A DNA stretch of 64,000 nt, taken from NCBI GenBank assembly GCA_965662335.1, contig CBFIGQ010000045.1:1156-65155 (forward strand), read 5' to 3'. The translations under genes were made by a program, and so were the position numbers. This document shows, in pieces, positions 26,818 to 37,294 of the stretch (its first letter is position 1; each line of letters opens with the position of its first letter). The notes below the pieces were generated by a model. The model saw nothing but the letters and a program-made list of their open reading frames with translations. It was not told the DNA's origin and ran no database searches. The DNA is from Minisyncoccia bacterium. GTDB lineage: Bacteria > Patescibacteriota > Minisyncoccia > Phycocordibacterales > UBA9973.

Positions 26818-27288
26818 ATGATTCAATCAATAGTTGGTGATCCGACCGTAACAGGTCTCTTGCTCGCGATGCTGCTCGGTATGATACTGGGGGTGGAACG
26901 TTTCCTTGCTCACAAAACTGCAGGAATGCGCACCTACACATTTGTCTCACTTGGAGCTGCACTTTTTATTATTATCTCCCGGATAGTAGCGATCGAGTTC
27001 CCATCAACTATTGGGTATGATCATCACATTGCAGCACAGATCATTGCAGCTGCAGGATTCCTCGGCGTTGGTGCTATCTTTCATAGCAATAAGCACATCA
27101 GCGGTATCACTACCGCTTCCGGTCTCTGGGTTGCCGCAGGTATTGGTATGGCATGTGGATTTGGCTTCTATAAGCTAGCAATCATTGTGACCCTTCTTGC
27201 ACTTTTTACGTTTATTGTGATGTGGTTTCTCGAAGAGCAAATTCGCAAGCTCCCCATCACACAATCAGAAGATCAAGACCCTCTCTAG
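26818..27288 (+). CDS. MgtC/SapB family membrane protein
   Basis: GVER...AGMRT, GFLGVG, GITTASGLW. Confidence 0.93.
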   Translation: MIQSIVGDPTVTGLLLAMLLGMILGVERFLAHKTAGMRTYTFVSLGAALFIIISRIVAIEFPSTIGYDHHIAAQIIAAAGFLGVGAIFHSNKHISGITTASGLWVAAGIGMACGFGFYKLAIIVTLLALFTFIVMWFLEEQIRKLPITQSEDQDPL

Positions 27289-27339
27289 GCAGATACGCAA
27301 GCATTCGCCCCATTGGGGCTTTTTTGCTATGATCGGGGG

Positions 27340-29106
27340 ATGAAATATAAGACTGAATGGAATTTGGGGCTTTTGTACAAAAATGAGAAAGATCCACAAA
27401 TAGAGAAGGATATGCATGCCATTGAAATGGCATGTGCTTCATTTGAAAAAAAATACAGAAATAAAGATTTTACATCTAGCTCTATGAGACTATTGTCTGC
27501 ACTAAAGGACTATGAGCTTTTTTTATCACAATCTACGTATAAGCCATTATGGTACTTTGGGTTAATAAAAAGTATCCAGACTAACAATACGTATGCAGAA
27601 GGAATGGAGCTGAAATTCAATGAACGCCAACGGAACGCTTTCAATAAAGTATTATTTTTTGAGATTTCGCTGGGTAGGCTTCCTGTATTAAAACAAAAGC
27701 AATATATAAAGGATCCAAAACTTGCTCATTTTAGATACTACTTAAAAAAAGTATTTACTCGTTCTAAACATACTCTAGATGAAAAAGAAGAAAAAATCCT
27801 TTCACTGGTATCACTGCCATCAGAGAAAATGTGGCTTGATGCACAAACTAAATTGTTGAGCGCACAGCAAATAGAGTATAAGGATAAATATATTTCACTT
27901 TCTGAAGCTTCAGAGTTGTATACTTCGCTACGAGAAAAATCCGAAAGATGGCAGTTGTATCAAAAGATTATCGCTTCACGAAAAAACACGGCGTTTCTCG
28001 CGGAGGCAGAGCTGAATGCCCTCTATACGTCAAAAAAAATTTCCGACACACTACGTGGTTACAAAAGACCATATACTCAGACATTAGTTAATTATGAAAA
28101 CGATGAAAAGGAAATAGAACATCTTATTTCTGAAACAACCAGATTATATTCAATAAGTAAAAAGTTTTACGCACTTCATAAAAAATTAATTAACGACAAG
28201 AACATGACTGTGGCAGATTTGTATGTTGAATTAGGAACCTTTAAAAGGGAATTTACTTTTAATGAATCAGTATTATTAGTGAAAAATGCATTTTCAAGAT
28301 TTGATCCTAAATATGCAGATTTACTTGATACCTATTTACAAAATGGGCAGATAGATGTGTTTCCTCGAGCACATAAACAAGGCGGTGGATATTGTATAGG
28401 TCTTGGAACTTTACCAGTGTACATATTTTTGAATCACATCAATAATTTGAAGTCAGTAGAAACACTTGCACATGAAATGGGGCATGCAATTCATACCGAG
28501 CTTAGTAAGCCGCTCGATCCTCTCTATAATGAATATTCAACATCTGTCGCAGAGGTCGCGAGTATATTCTTTGAGCAGTTCGTTTCAGATGAAATATTTG
28601 AAACAGCAACAGATGATGAAAAGATCACCTTACTCCATAGCCGCATCAACAGAGATGTAATGAGCGTATTTAGGCAAGTGGCTTGCTTTAATTGTGAATT
28701 AGAACTCCATGAGCGCATACGTTCGACTGGATATGTTACAAAAGAAGAAATGGCACAGATAATGCAAAAACACCTAGCTGCATATTTAGGTCCTGCAGTA
28801 CATATAACCGAAGATGATGGTTATATATTTACCTCATGGCCTCATCTACGATTTTCTTTTTATGTGTATACGTATGCATATGGCCTTTTAGTAAGCCGAG
28901 CGCTTTATGAAAAATGGAAATTAGACAATTCCTTTAAATCAAAAGTCGAACAATTTCTTTCCGCAGGAGGGTCTATGAGTCCTAAGGATATTTTTAAAAG
29001 CATTGGTATTAGTACGGACAAATCATTCTTTGAAGCCGGGTTAAAAGCAATCGAAGCTGACATACAGCGACTAGAAAAACTAGCTAAAAAGCAGAAGCTT
29101 ATATAA
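27340..29106 (+). CDS. Oligoendopeptidase F (M3B)
   Basis: EWNL, KQGGGYC, TLAHEMGH, AEVAS, FYVYTYAYG. Confidence 0.92.
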   Translation: MKYKTEWNLGLLYKNEKDPQIEKDMHAIEMACASFEKKYRNKDFTSSSMRLLSALKDYELFLSQSTYKPLWYFGLIKSIQTNNTYAEGMELKFNERQRNAFNKVLFFEISLGRLPVLKQKQYIKDPKLAHFRYYLKKVFTRSKHTLDEKEEKILSLVSLPSEKMWLDAQTKLLSAQQIEYKDKYISLSEASELYTSLREKSERWQLYQKIIASRKNTAFLAEAELNALYTSKKISDTLRGYKRPYTQTLVNYENDEKEIEHLISETTRLYSISKKFYALHKKLINDKNMTVADLYVELGTFKREFTFNESVLLVKNAFSRFDPKYADLLDTYLQNGQIDVFPRAHKQGGGYCIGLGTLPVYIFLNHINNLKSVETLAHEMGHAIHTELSKPLDPLYNEYSTSVAEVASIFFEQFVSDEIFETATDDEKITLLHSRINRDVMSVFRQVACFNCELELHERIRSTGYVTKEEMAQIMQKHLAAYLGPAVHITEDDGYIFTSWPHLRFSFYVYTYAYGLLVSRALYEKWKLDNSFKSKVEQFLSAGGSMSPKDIFKSIGISTDKSFFEAGLKAIEADIQRLEKLAKKQKLI

Positions 29107-29318
29107 TTTGCAAAAAAGAGATTTGCGTATATAGTCTGAAAAAAAGAATATGAACACACATAGATTTGCTGTTTTCTTTACCGGAGTTGCTAGTTTCAAT
29201 CAATGGATATTTGTACTATCCCTGGTCATACTTGCTCGTATCTGTACATCATCCAGCGATGAACAATATAGTTGCAAAAAATAATAGAAGGTTATAGAGT
29301 TATTAAAAAATAATGCTT

Positions 29319-29447
29319 ATGACACTCGTTAAAAGATTTCAGACTGAAACTGAATCCACTGAACCAATCTTTGGTAAAGGAATGAAAATAGCCATCATTT
29401 TGACTATCATTATCGCACTTGCGGTATTTAGTACTGCATTTATTTAA
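29319..29447 (+). CDS. 42 aa single-TM small protein (not in the ORF track)
   Basis: MTLVKRFQTETESTEPIFGKGMKIAIILTIIIALAVFSTAFI*, followed by a hairpin-T terminator. Confidence 0.45.
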   Translation: MTLVKRFQTETESTEPIFGKGMKIAIILTIIIALAVFSTAFI

Positions 29448-29511
29448 ATCTGCTAAAAGAGTCGGCACGTGCCGGCTTTTTTTATTACCTATTTTTTGCT
29501 ACAGTACCCCC

Positions 29512-31251
29512 ATGACTTCAGCAGAAATCAGACAGCGATTTTTGGACTTTTTTGCAAAACGTGGACACGCCATTCTCCCTAGCGCTTCTCTGGTACCAAA
29601 AAATGACCCTTCAGTACTCTTTAATACTGCGGGTATGCAGCCACTTGTACCATACCTCCTCGGTGAGCCGCATCCGCTTGGAAGGCGTCTTGCAAGCTGT
29701 CAGAAATGCGTGCGCACTGGAGATATTGAAGAAGTGGGCAATCACAAGAACCTTACTTTTTTTGAAATGCTTGGCAACTGGTCGCTCGGGGATTATTTCA
29801 AGGAGGAAGCGATACAGTGGAGCTATGAATTTCTCACCTCAAAAGAAGAAGGGCTTGGACTGGACCCTACACGTCTCTATGTGACCGTATTTGAAGGTGA
29901 TGCTGATGCGCCGCGCGATATGGAGGCGGTAGAGATCTGGAAGCAGTATGTTCCAGAGAACCGCATTTACTTTCTTCCAAAGAAAAATAACTGGTGGAGT
30001 GCGGGTGACAATGGTCCGTGCGGACCTGACACTGAAATGTTTTATGATGTGACGGAGTCCGGACTTGGAGACCTCTCGCATGAGGAGTACATGGCAGCAG
30101 ATGATGAGGGGCGAGTGGTGGAGATCTGGAACGATGTCTTTATGCAGTATCTGTCAAAGGGCGGGAAAGTAGTCGGGCAGCTTCCCCAAAAAAATATCGA
30201 TACTGGTAGCGGGCTTGAACGTATCGCAATGATCGTCCAAGGCAAGTCCAACGTCTATGAAGCAGACATATTTGCACCGGTAATGGCAAAAATCGAAGAG
30301 TATGCAGAAAAATACGATGAGCGTGGCGCGCGTATTGTTGCAGACCATACTCGCAGTGCGGTATTTTTGATTGCTGACGGGGTGTTGCCGGGCAATAAGG
30401 ACCAAGGATACATACTTCGCAGACTTATTCGCCGAGCAGTAATGCAGGCAAAAAAGCTTGGACTCTCAACTCATTTTCTAGGAGGTATCGCAGCTCTATT
30501 TGGAGAGTTGTACAAGGATGCGTATCCAGAAGTCGTTGCGGTAGACATTGAACGAGCGATCAATCAAGAAGAAGATAAATTTTCTAAAACCCTTGATGCG
30601 GGGTTAAAAGAATTTACCAAAGGAACTGATCCGTTTATATTGGCTACAACGTACGGATTTCCGGTTGAGTTAACCGAAGAGCTCGCAGCAGAACAGGGAA
30701 CTGTCATCGATAGGGCAGCGTTTGACGCTCAAATGAAGGCACACCAGAGTGCATCACGCGCGGGTGCTGAACAAAAGTTCAAAGGCGGCCTTGCTAACAC
30801 GAGCGAGATGACGACAAAGCTTCACACTGCACACCACTTGCTACTCAAGGCGCTCCAAGAAGTAGTAAGTCCAGACATTCACCAAAAAGGTTCAAATATT
30901 ACCGAAGAACGCCTCCGTATTGATTTTAATTTTGATCGAAAACTTACCCCTGAGGAAATAGCTGCAGTTGAAAGTCTTGTGAACGAGAAAATTAAAGAAG
31001 ACCTTACCGTCACAAAGCGTGAAATGCCTCGAGCTGAGGCAGAAGCTCTCGGTGCTGAGATGGAGTTTGGTACCAAGTACCCAGACATTGTGAGTGTCTA
31101 CATGATCCATGATGCTGCTGACAATATTTTCTCAAAGGAATTTTGTGGCGGACCACACGTAGAACATACAGGAGTACTAGGAACATTTAAAATTCAAAAA
31201 GAAGAAGCATCAAGCGCGGGAGTGAGACGTATCAAGGCCACACTTTTGTAA
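29512..31251 (+). CDS. alaS: Alanyl-tRNA synthetase, short form without C-Ala domain
   Basis: LFNTAGMQP, TFFEMLGN, GPCGP, IDTGSGLER; editing HTAHH and CGGPH; ends at GVRRIKA. Confidence 0.96.
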   Translation: MTSAEIRQRFLDFFAKRGHAILPSASLVPKNDPSVLFNTAGMQPLVPYLLGEPHPLGRRLASCQKCVRTGDIEEVGNHKNLTFFEMLGNWSLGDYFKEEAIQWSYEFLTSKEEGLGLDPTRLYVTVFEGDADAPRDMEAVEIWKQYVPENRIYFLPKKNNWWSAGDNGPCGPDTEMFYDVTESGLGDLSHEEYMAADDEGRVVEIWNDVFMQYLSKGGKVVGQLPQKNIDTGSGLERIAMIVQGKSNVYEADIFAPVMAKIEEYAEKYDERGARIVADHTRSAVFLIADGVLPGNKDQGYILRRLIRRAVMQAKKLGLSTHFLGGIAALFGELYKDAYPEVVAVDIERAINQEEDKFSKTLDAGLKEFTKGTDPFILATTYGFPVELTEELAAEQGTVIDRAAFDAQMKAHQSASRAGAEQKFKGGLANTSEMTTKLHTAHHLLLKALQEVVSPDIHQKGSNITEERLRIDFNFDRKLTPEEIAAVESLVNEKIKEDLTVTKREMPRAEAEALGAEMEFGTKYPDIVSVYMIHDAADNIFSKEFCGGPHVEHTGVLGTFKIQKEEASSAGVRRIKATLL

Positions 31252-31293
31252 TGTGCTGTGTGCAAACAACCATTTGGTTGATATACTATACGC

Positions 31294-32436
31294 ATGAAGC
31301 ACAATGCAGAAGTATTTGCTGTCTATGACATTAGTTCAAGCTCAGTTGCTGGAGCACATGTTCTATTTGAGAACAATCAAACACATTTTTTAGCAAGTCA
31401 TAGACTACTCACCCCACTCCAAGAAGACATCACGATGGAGCGCTTTGTCACTGAAACCATCTCTTCACTTTCACAGACTACGACACACATTAGAAATAAC
31501 GATGTGCACCATCCTACGTTTATTCAAGTAACGCTCGCCTCTCCATGGTACTCATCGCAGACTCGAACTATTTCCTATACCAAAAAAACTCCCTTTGTAT
31601 GTACAAAAAAGCTTGTTGAGGACCTGGTACGTTCCGAAATAACTCATATCCTTACCAAGGAGAGCGGTGTATTTGGTGCATATGGCAAGGAGTCTATCAT
31701 TATAGAAAAGCAGCTTGCTTCTTTCATTCTCAACGGGTACCACACTACTGACCCGTATAAGAAAAAAACAACTACACTTGAGTTCTCTCTCACTGTTACG
31801 AGTGCACCAAAAGATATTCTCACGAGATTTAGTGAGGTACTACAGCGTGCGTACGGGGCACGCGATATCAGGTATACGACAAGTTGCTGGACGACTCATG
31901 TCGTGATGCGGGATCGTATCAAAGAAGAAGGGTCGTGCATGATTGTAGATATTGGAGAAGAAATATCTGATGTCGGCATCGTGAAAAATGGCTCATTTAC
32001 CTCTCACCATTCATTTCCAGTCGGTACGTATGGGTTGTATAGGGCACTTTCAGGTCGTTCACGCAACACTGCACGTGAATCCATGACCCATCTTGAGTCT
32101 TACCGGCTCGGCAAGCTTTCCCAGGCGGCGTCAAAATCCGTCGAAACTGCGATTCATTCTTACGCAACTCATTGGCAGTCATGGTTTGACCAAGTGCTTG
32201 AAACAACTACAGGGGTACTGCCGCATACGATATGTATTACTGCGGATTCTCGGTTTGAACAAATATTTACTACCACAGTCGCGCAGGATCCGCTTGTACT
32301 CTCAGGATCAGTTGAATCACCGCGAGTGCTCTTTATGAAGCCGTCACTGATTTTGGGCGTTCACACCGACCAGAGTATAGATGTACCGCTACTCGTAGCT
32401 GCACAATTTGCAGTTCATCCCGTATACTATTTATGA
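31294..32436 (+). CDS. Divergent FtsA/actin-like fold hypothetical protein
   Basis: VYDISSSSV and IVDIGEEISD phosphate-loop-like motifs, LNGY, SFPVG. Confidence 0.6.
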   Translation: MKHNAEVFAVYDISSSSVAGAHVLFENNQTHFLASHRLLTPLQEDITMERFVTETISSLSQTTTHIRNNDVHHPTFIQVTLASPWYSSQTRTISYTKKTPFVCTKKLVEDLVRSEITHILTKESGVFGAYGKESIIIEKQLASFILNGYHTTDPYKKKTTTLEFSLTVTSAPKDILTRFSEVLQRAYGARDIRYTTSCWTTHVVMRDRIKEEGSCMIVDIGEEISDVGIVKNGSFTSHHSFPVGTYGLYRALSGRSRNTARESMTHLESYRLGKLSQAASKSVETAIHSYATHWQSWFDQVLETTTGVLPHTICITADSRFEQIFTTTVAQDPLVLSGSVESPRVLFMKPSLILGVHTDQSIDVPLLVAAQFAVHPVYYL

Positions 32437-33671
32437 TGAAGTTGTATGATGTCATTCGAAAGGAGAAAATGGAGAAGGAAGGAGATGTAGTACAAGAATC
32501 TCCCGCTTCAACATACACCTACAGCCCCAGACCTGGCTCTCGCTGGAAAAGCATCCTTGTCGTTGGTATTGGTGCGCTATTTTTAGTTATGCTCTATGTA
32601 GTAGGGATGAAAGTTGTGCATGCAAAAGTGGTCGTTACTGAGAAAAGAATTCCATTTACCTTAAACGGGGTCGAGCTCGAACTCACGCATGAAGAAGAAG
32701 CGGGGGAAGGAAGGCTTGCCTACCAGACCATGCTTGTCCCGGGAGAAGTGTCACGGCAAGTATTTGGTTCAGAGGTCTCCTCAAGCACGAGTAATGCTCA
32801 CGGTTCTGTTGTCTTTTTCAATGAATACAGCACCAAAGCTCAAACTATTAAAAAGGGAACAACACTCACCAGTAAGGAAGGTAAAAAGTACACGACTGGA
32901 GCACAGGTAAGTGTGCCTGGATACACAACAAAAAGCGGCAAGAAAGTACCAGGAACATCTACTACAGTATCTATAACTGCAGCGGCAAGCGGACCTTCAT
33001 ACAACTCAAGTGGAACAACGTTTACAGTCTCAGGGTATTCCAAGACTCTCTACGCACAGTCATCAGGCGCGATTACTGGAGGGGACGACGGCGCTGCGCA
33101 CAGTGTCGCGGAAAAGGATAGAGCAGATGTCATTGCCAACCTCCAGGCGCAGCTCGTAGAACGTCTCAAGCGAGAAACCCGTGCCCAGATCCCGTCCCAG
33201 CTTATTACCTTCCCAGATCTTCAGGTTACAAACATCGATACGAGCTCTACACAACTCAAAGGTACAACGATCAAATTCCCCGCTACAATGAAGGGTTCGA
33301 TGACTACGTACCTCATTGACCGGGACCTACTCGAAGCCGCAATAGCAAGACAGGCACTGTATGACAAGACATATACTGATGTGTCGATTCCAAACCTTGC
33401 AGATATTGTAGTTGAGCCAGTGAGCGCTCTACCGAGTGACCCTGAGTCTGCTCCAGAGACAATACGAGTAAAGGTCTCAGGTCAAGGTACTATCATTGCA
33501 AAGGCTCCGCTTATTCACATAAAAGAATCGCTCCTCGGGGCTAAAAAATCCACCTTTGCAAACCTTCTCAGCACGATACCCGAAGTCGATAGTGCCGAGT
33601 ACCATTTTTATCCATTCTGGGCACCATTTTTCCCCTCAAAGGAGAGCCGTATCACGATTGAATCCAAATAG
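32433..33671 (+). CDS. Membrane-anchored baseplate-J-like hypothetical protein
   Basis: Single TM, then A.G.V.FFN..TKAQTIKKGT.L...V.VPG...A...G..YN, ITGG. Confidence 0.6.
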   Translation: MMKLYDVIRKEKMEKEGDVVQESPASTYTYSPRPGSRWKSILVVGIGALFLVMLYVVGMKVVHAKVVVTEKRIPFTLNGVELELTHEEEAGEGRLAYQTMLVPGEVSRQVFGSEVSSSTSNAHGSVVFFNEYSTKAQTIKKGTTLTSKEGKKYTTGAQVSVPGYTTKSGKKVPGTSTTVSITAAASGPSYNSSGTTFTVSGYSKTLYAQSSGAITGGDDGAAHSVAEKDRADVIANLQAQLVERLKRETRAQIPSQLITFPDLQVTNIDTSSTQLKGTTIKFPATMKGSMTTYLIDRDLLEAAIARQALYDKTYTDVSIPNLADIVVEPVSALPSDPESAPETIRVKVSGQGTIIAKAPLIHIKESLLGAKKSTFANLLSTIPEVDSAEYHFYPFWAPFFPSKESRITIESK

Positions 33672-33700
33672 TTGACCCGTCTGTAACTCTATAGTATATT
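33672..33700 (+). promoter_or_regulatory. Sigma-70 promoter of the infA-rpoA operon
   Basis: TTGACC-17 nt-TATATT. Confidence 0.65.
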
Positions 33701-33714
33701 TAAATCCTTACTAC

Positions 33715-33924
33715 ATGCCGACACCAACAGAAGCAATTAAAGGGGTTATAAGCGAAGCTCTACCAAATACAATGTTCCGAGTACAGCTTGAAAATAACCA
33801 AGAGATTATTGCGTATTTGGCAGGCAAAATGAGACTGCACCGTATCAAGGTACTGGTCGGAGACTCAGTAGAGGTCGTCATAGACCCGTACGGTGGAAAA
33901 GGACGTATTGTCAGACGCGGATAA
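33715..33924 (+). CDS. infA: Translation initiation factor IF-1
   Basis: [18 protein letters not shown]. Confidence 0.97.
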   Translation: MPTPTEAIKGVISEALPNTMFRVQLENNQEIIAYLAGKMRLHRIKVLVGDSVEVVIDPYGGKGRIVRRG

Positions 33925-33974
33925 GTAGTGTATACTCTCCCGGCTACCAATTTTTGTACGCAAATCAATTTTTT

Positions 33975-34085
33975 ATGAAAATCAGATCAACAGTCAAAAA
34001 GATGTGTGACAAATGCAAGATTGTAAAGCGCAATCGCCATTTGCACGTGATCTGTGATAACCCAAAACACAAGCAAAAGCAATAA
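33975..34085 (+). CDS. rpmJ: 50S ribosomal protein L36 (not in the ORF track)
   Basis: [36 protein letters not shown]. Confidence 0.97.
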   Translation: MKIRSTVKKMCDKCKIVKRNRHLHVICDNPKHKQKQ

Positions 34086-34088
34086 TCT

Positions 34089-34469
34089 ATGCGTATCCTC
34101 GGTATTACTATCCCAAATGAAAAGCGTCTAGACATTGGTCTGACTACTCTGTACGGTATTGGTCTTTCTACTGCTACCAAAATCCTCAAGGAAGTAAATG
34201 TTGATCCAAGCCTTAAGGCAAAGGATATTTCAATTGACCAAGAAAACGATATCCGCAAACTCATCGAAGAGCGCACTATAGAAGGCAACCTCAAGCGTGA
34301 AATTGCCGGCAATATCAAACGACTCAAGGATATCAAGGCATATCGTGGCGTTCGTCACATGCGCCGATTACCAGTAAATGGACAGCGCACCAAAACCAAC
34401 TCTCGTACCGTTCGGGGAAATGTTCGAAACACAATGGGAAGTGGTCGTCGTAAGGAAAGTAAGACATAG
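34089..34469 (+). CDS. rpsM: 30S ribosomal protein S13
   Basis: LYGIG, YRGVRH..LPVNGQRTKTN. Confidence 0.98.
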   Translation: MRILGITIPNEKRLDIGLTTLYGIGLSTATKILKEVNVDPSLKAKDISIDQENDIRKLIEERTIEGNLKREIAGNIKRLKDIKAYRGVRHMRRLPVNGQRTKTNSRTVRGNVRNTMGSGRRKESKT

Positions 34470-34477
34470 TCAATAAT

Positions 34478-34912
34478 ATGGGAAAAAAACGCATCATAAC
34501 TCAAGAAGGACAACTCGTAGACCAAGAAAAGCGCGGCCGTGCAGTTGCTCGTACTACCAAAAAGAAGCTCACCACAGCTATGCTTTCTATCGAAGCGACC
34601 TTTAATAACACAAAAGCAGTTGTTTCGGACCTCAAAGGGAATGCACTCTTTTGGTCTTCATCTGGCTCACTCGGCTTTAAAGGTGCTAAAAAGGGCACCC
34701 CATTCGCAGCATCAAAGGTTGGCGAAGTACTTGCTGAAAAGGCAACTACCGCAGGTATCAAAGAAGTGGTAGCGATTGTAAAGGGGGTAGGAAGCGGTCG
34801 AGAGCCACTTATCCGTGCATTCATTGGCACAGGTATTGAACTTTTGTCAGTAAAGGATCGAACCCCAGTACCACACAACGGTCCAAAAGCTAAGAAACCA
34901 CGACGAGTATAA
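34478..34912 (+). CDS. rpsK: 30S ribosomal protein S11
   Basis: TFNNT, GFKGAKKGTPFAA, TPVPHNG. Confidence 0.98.
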   Translation: MGKKRIITQEGQLVDQEKRGRAVARTTKKKLTTAMLSIEATFNNTKAVVSDLKGNALFWSSSGSLGFKGAKKGTPFAASKVGEVLAEKATTAGIKEVVAIVKGVGSGREPLIRAFIGTGIELLSVKDRTPVPHNGPKAKKPRRV

Positions 34913-34916
34913 CCAT

Positions 34917-35519
34917 ATGAAACTAGGAGCAAAATACAAAATGTGTCGACGATTGGGATCAGGAGTGTTTGAAAAGTGTCAAACACAAAAGTACACTCAG
35001 TCAGAAACCAAAAAAGCAAAGACAGGAAAGCGCCCAAAGCAGCTCTCTGACTACGGCCGTCAACTTATCGAAAAGCAGAAAGTTCGTTTTTCGTATGGTA
35101 TTAGTGAGAAACAGCTCTCAAACTACGTTGAAAAGGCGGGTACTACCAAGGGTATGCCGGTAACTGACAAGCTATTTGAGCTCCTTGAGTCTCGCCTTGA
35201 TAACGTTGTCTATCGTCTCGGATTTGCGCCGACACGGCGTATGGCACGTCAGCTTGTCTCCCATGGTCACTTTACTGTTAATGGCACCAAAGTAACCATC
35301 CCATCTCTTGCGGTGCGTGTTGGAGATGTGATAGCCGTTCGCGAGGGGTCACGCAAGAGTGTCGTATTCGCGGAAATGAATAAGAAAACTGAAACACATA
35401 CATGGCCAAACTGGCTCAAATTTACACCTGCAGCACTTTCTGCGGAGGTGGCCGCAAAGCCAAAAAATGATGAGCAATTTTTGCAGCTGGACACCGTGCT
35501 TGAGTTCTATAGTCGTTAA
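34917..35519 (+). CDS. rpsD: 30S ribosomal protein S4
   Basis: SDYGRQLIEKQK, LESRLDNVVYRLG, ARQLVSHGH. Confidence 0.98.
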   Translation: MKLGAKYKMCRRLGSGVFEKCQTQKYTQSETKKAKTGKRPKQLSDYGRQLIEKQKVRFSYGISEKQLSNYVEKAGTTKGMPVTDKLFELLESRLDNVVYRLGFAPTRRMARQLVSHGHFTVNGTKVTIPSLAVRVGDVIAVREGSRKSVVFAEMNKKTETHTWPNWLKFTPAALSAEVAAKPKNDEQFLQLDTVLEFYSR

Positions 35520-35570
35520 TAGGACACAAACTTGGAGTTTTTACAAATTAATGGTACAATAACTTTCCAT

Positions 35571-36563
35571 ATGAACAACATTATGCTTCCATCAAAACCA
35601 AAGGCAACGTTCGAAGAGGGCAACAAAGGCGTATTTGAAATCGACGGTCTTGTTCCAGGATACGGCTATACGCTCGGTAACTCACTTCGTCGCATTATTC
35701 TTTCTTCTCTAACCGGTGCTGCAGTTACCGCAGTTAAAATTGATGGAGTAAGTCATGAGTTTGCAACAATGGATGGCATTAAAGAGGATGTCATCACCAT
35801 GCTTCTCAATCTCAAAAATGTTCGATTTTCTAGCACTTCTGACGAAGCACAAACTATTTCATTTTCTGTAAAGGGTCCAAAGGTTGTCACCGCTGCTGAT
35901 ATTGGCGCAAAGGGGGTAGTTACTGTTGCAAATCCTGATCAGTATATTTGCGAAATTACCGGAAAAACAACACTTTCAGTAGAACTCACTATTGAAAAGG
36001 GGCTTGGATACGTACCACGTGAGGCGCACCACAAACAAATGGCTGATATCGGTACTATTTTCCTCGATGCAGTATTTTCTCCAATTCGTCGCGTATCATA
36101 CGATGTCGAAGAGATGCGTGTTGGCGACAAGACAAACTTCAACCGACTTCGCATGACTATTGAAACTGATGGCACTCTTTCACCACGAGAGGCGCTTGAG
36201 CAGTCAGTACGCGTCATGATCGAGCAGCTTGCTGCTGTGGTATCTATTGATGCAGGTATGGCAATAAGTGATGTACAGGCTCGTATGGAAGCACCAGCAC
36301 GGTCTTTAGAAGCGGAGGATTCAAATGAAGAAATGGATGGTGATACCAATGTAGACGTGACCGATGTTCTCAAAAACCGTATTGATGCAATAGGTCTCTC
36401 TACACGCACGCTCAACGCTCTCACTGCAGCAAATATCCGCACAGTCGGCGGTATAGCTCGCAAGCACGTATCAGACCTTCTTGAAATAGACGGTATCGGC
36501 GACAAAGGTATTACTGAGATCCGCGAAGCACTTGCAGCCTTTGACTTGTCTTTGAAGGAGTAA
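35571..36563 (+). CDS. rpoA: RNA polymerase alpha subunit
   Basis: GYGYTLGNSLRRIILSS, HEF, alpha-CTD LSTRTLNAL. Confidence 0.98.
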   Translation: MNNIMLPSKPKATFEEGNKGVFEIDGLVPGYGYTLGNSLRRIILSSLTGAAVTAVKIDGVSHEFATMDGIKEDVITMLLNLKNVRFSSTSDEAQTISFSVKGPKVVTAADIGAKGVVTVANPDQYICEITGKTTLSVELTIEKGLGYVPREAHHKQMADIGTIFLDAVFSPIRRVSYDVEEMRVGDKTNFNRLRMTIETDGTLSPREALEQSVRVMIEQLAAVVSIDAGMAISDVQARMEAPARSLEAEDSNEEMDGDTNVDVTDVLKNRIDAIGLSTRTLNALTAANIRTVGGIARKHVSDLLEIDGIGDKGITEIREALAAFDLSLKE

Positions 36564-36586
36564 TACTGTATAACACTTGTACTTAT

Positions 36587-36943
36587 ATGCGACACCACAA
36601 CAATGTACGAAAATTTGGAAGAGAGAAGAACGGCCGTATCGCACTTATGCGCGGACTTGTTGCATCTCTTATTGCTCATGGCAAAATCCTTACAACCGAA
36701 GCTAAGGCAAAAGAAATTCGTCCAAAAGTTGAAAAAATGGTGACTCGCGCAAAAAACCCTACCCTTGCTAACCGCCGTGTACTTCTCTCGGGTCTGTATA
36801 ACAACGAATCAGTTGTCTCAAAGCTTATTGATGACATTGCGCCAAAGTACACAGAGCGCCCAGGTGGCTATACACGCATTACCAAGCTCGTGCAACGCAA
36901 GAGTGATGGTTCTCCTATGGCAGTAATCGAATTTGTTAAATAA
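36587..36943 (+). CDS. rplQ: 50S ribosomal protein L17
   Basis: MRH, TTEAKAKE, RPGGYTRI. Confidence 0.98.
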   Translation: MRHHNNVRKFGREKNGRIALMRGLVASLIAHGKILTTEAKAKEIRPKVEKMVTRAKNPTLANRRVLLSGLYNNESVVSKLIDDIAPKYTERPGGYTRITKLVQRKSDGSPMAVIEFVK

Positions 36944-36948
36944 TTTTT

Positions 36949-37293
36949 ATGAACTACACTATCGACGCAACAAATAAATCACTCGGACGCCTTGCTTCAG
37001 AAGTAGCAAGCATTCTCATGGGTAAAAATGATGCTTCATTCGTACGAAATGCAGTATCAGGCAATACAGTAACTGTGACCAATGCTTCAAAGCTCAAGCA
37101 AGATCCTCGCAAACTCGATACCAAAGTATACAAGAGCTTTTCTGGGTATCCAGGAGGACTCAAGCTCTCAAGCATGGAGCATGTCTCAAAGCAAAAAGGC
37201 TGGAGCTTCATAGTATCGAATGCCGTAAAAGGAATGCTTCCTGACAATAAGCTCAAGAAGGATATGATGAAGAATTTAACGATCACCGAATAA
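36949..37293 (+). CDS. rplM: 50S ribosomal protein L13 (short)
   Basis: IDA..LGRLASEVA..LMGK, SGYPGGLK, AVKGMLP. Confidence 0.96.
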   Translation: MNYTIDATNKSLGRLASEVASILMGKNDASFVRNAVSGNTVTVTNASKLKQDPRKLDTKVYKSFSGYPGGLKLSSMEHVSKQKGWSFIVSNAVKGMLPDNKLKKDMMKNLTITE

Positions 37294-37294
37294 T

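Noticed and set aside
35939-36679. Long antisense ORFs opposite rpoA, ftsZ, rseP, dnaK and aspS
   Set aside because: Typical antisense shadows of conserved genes, with no motifs
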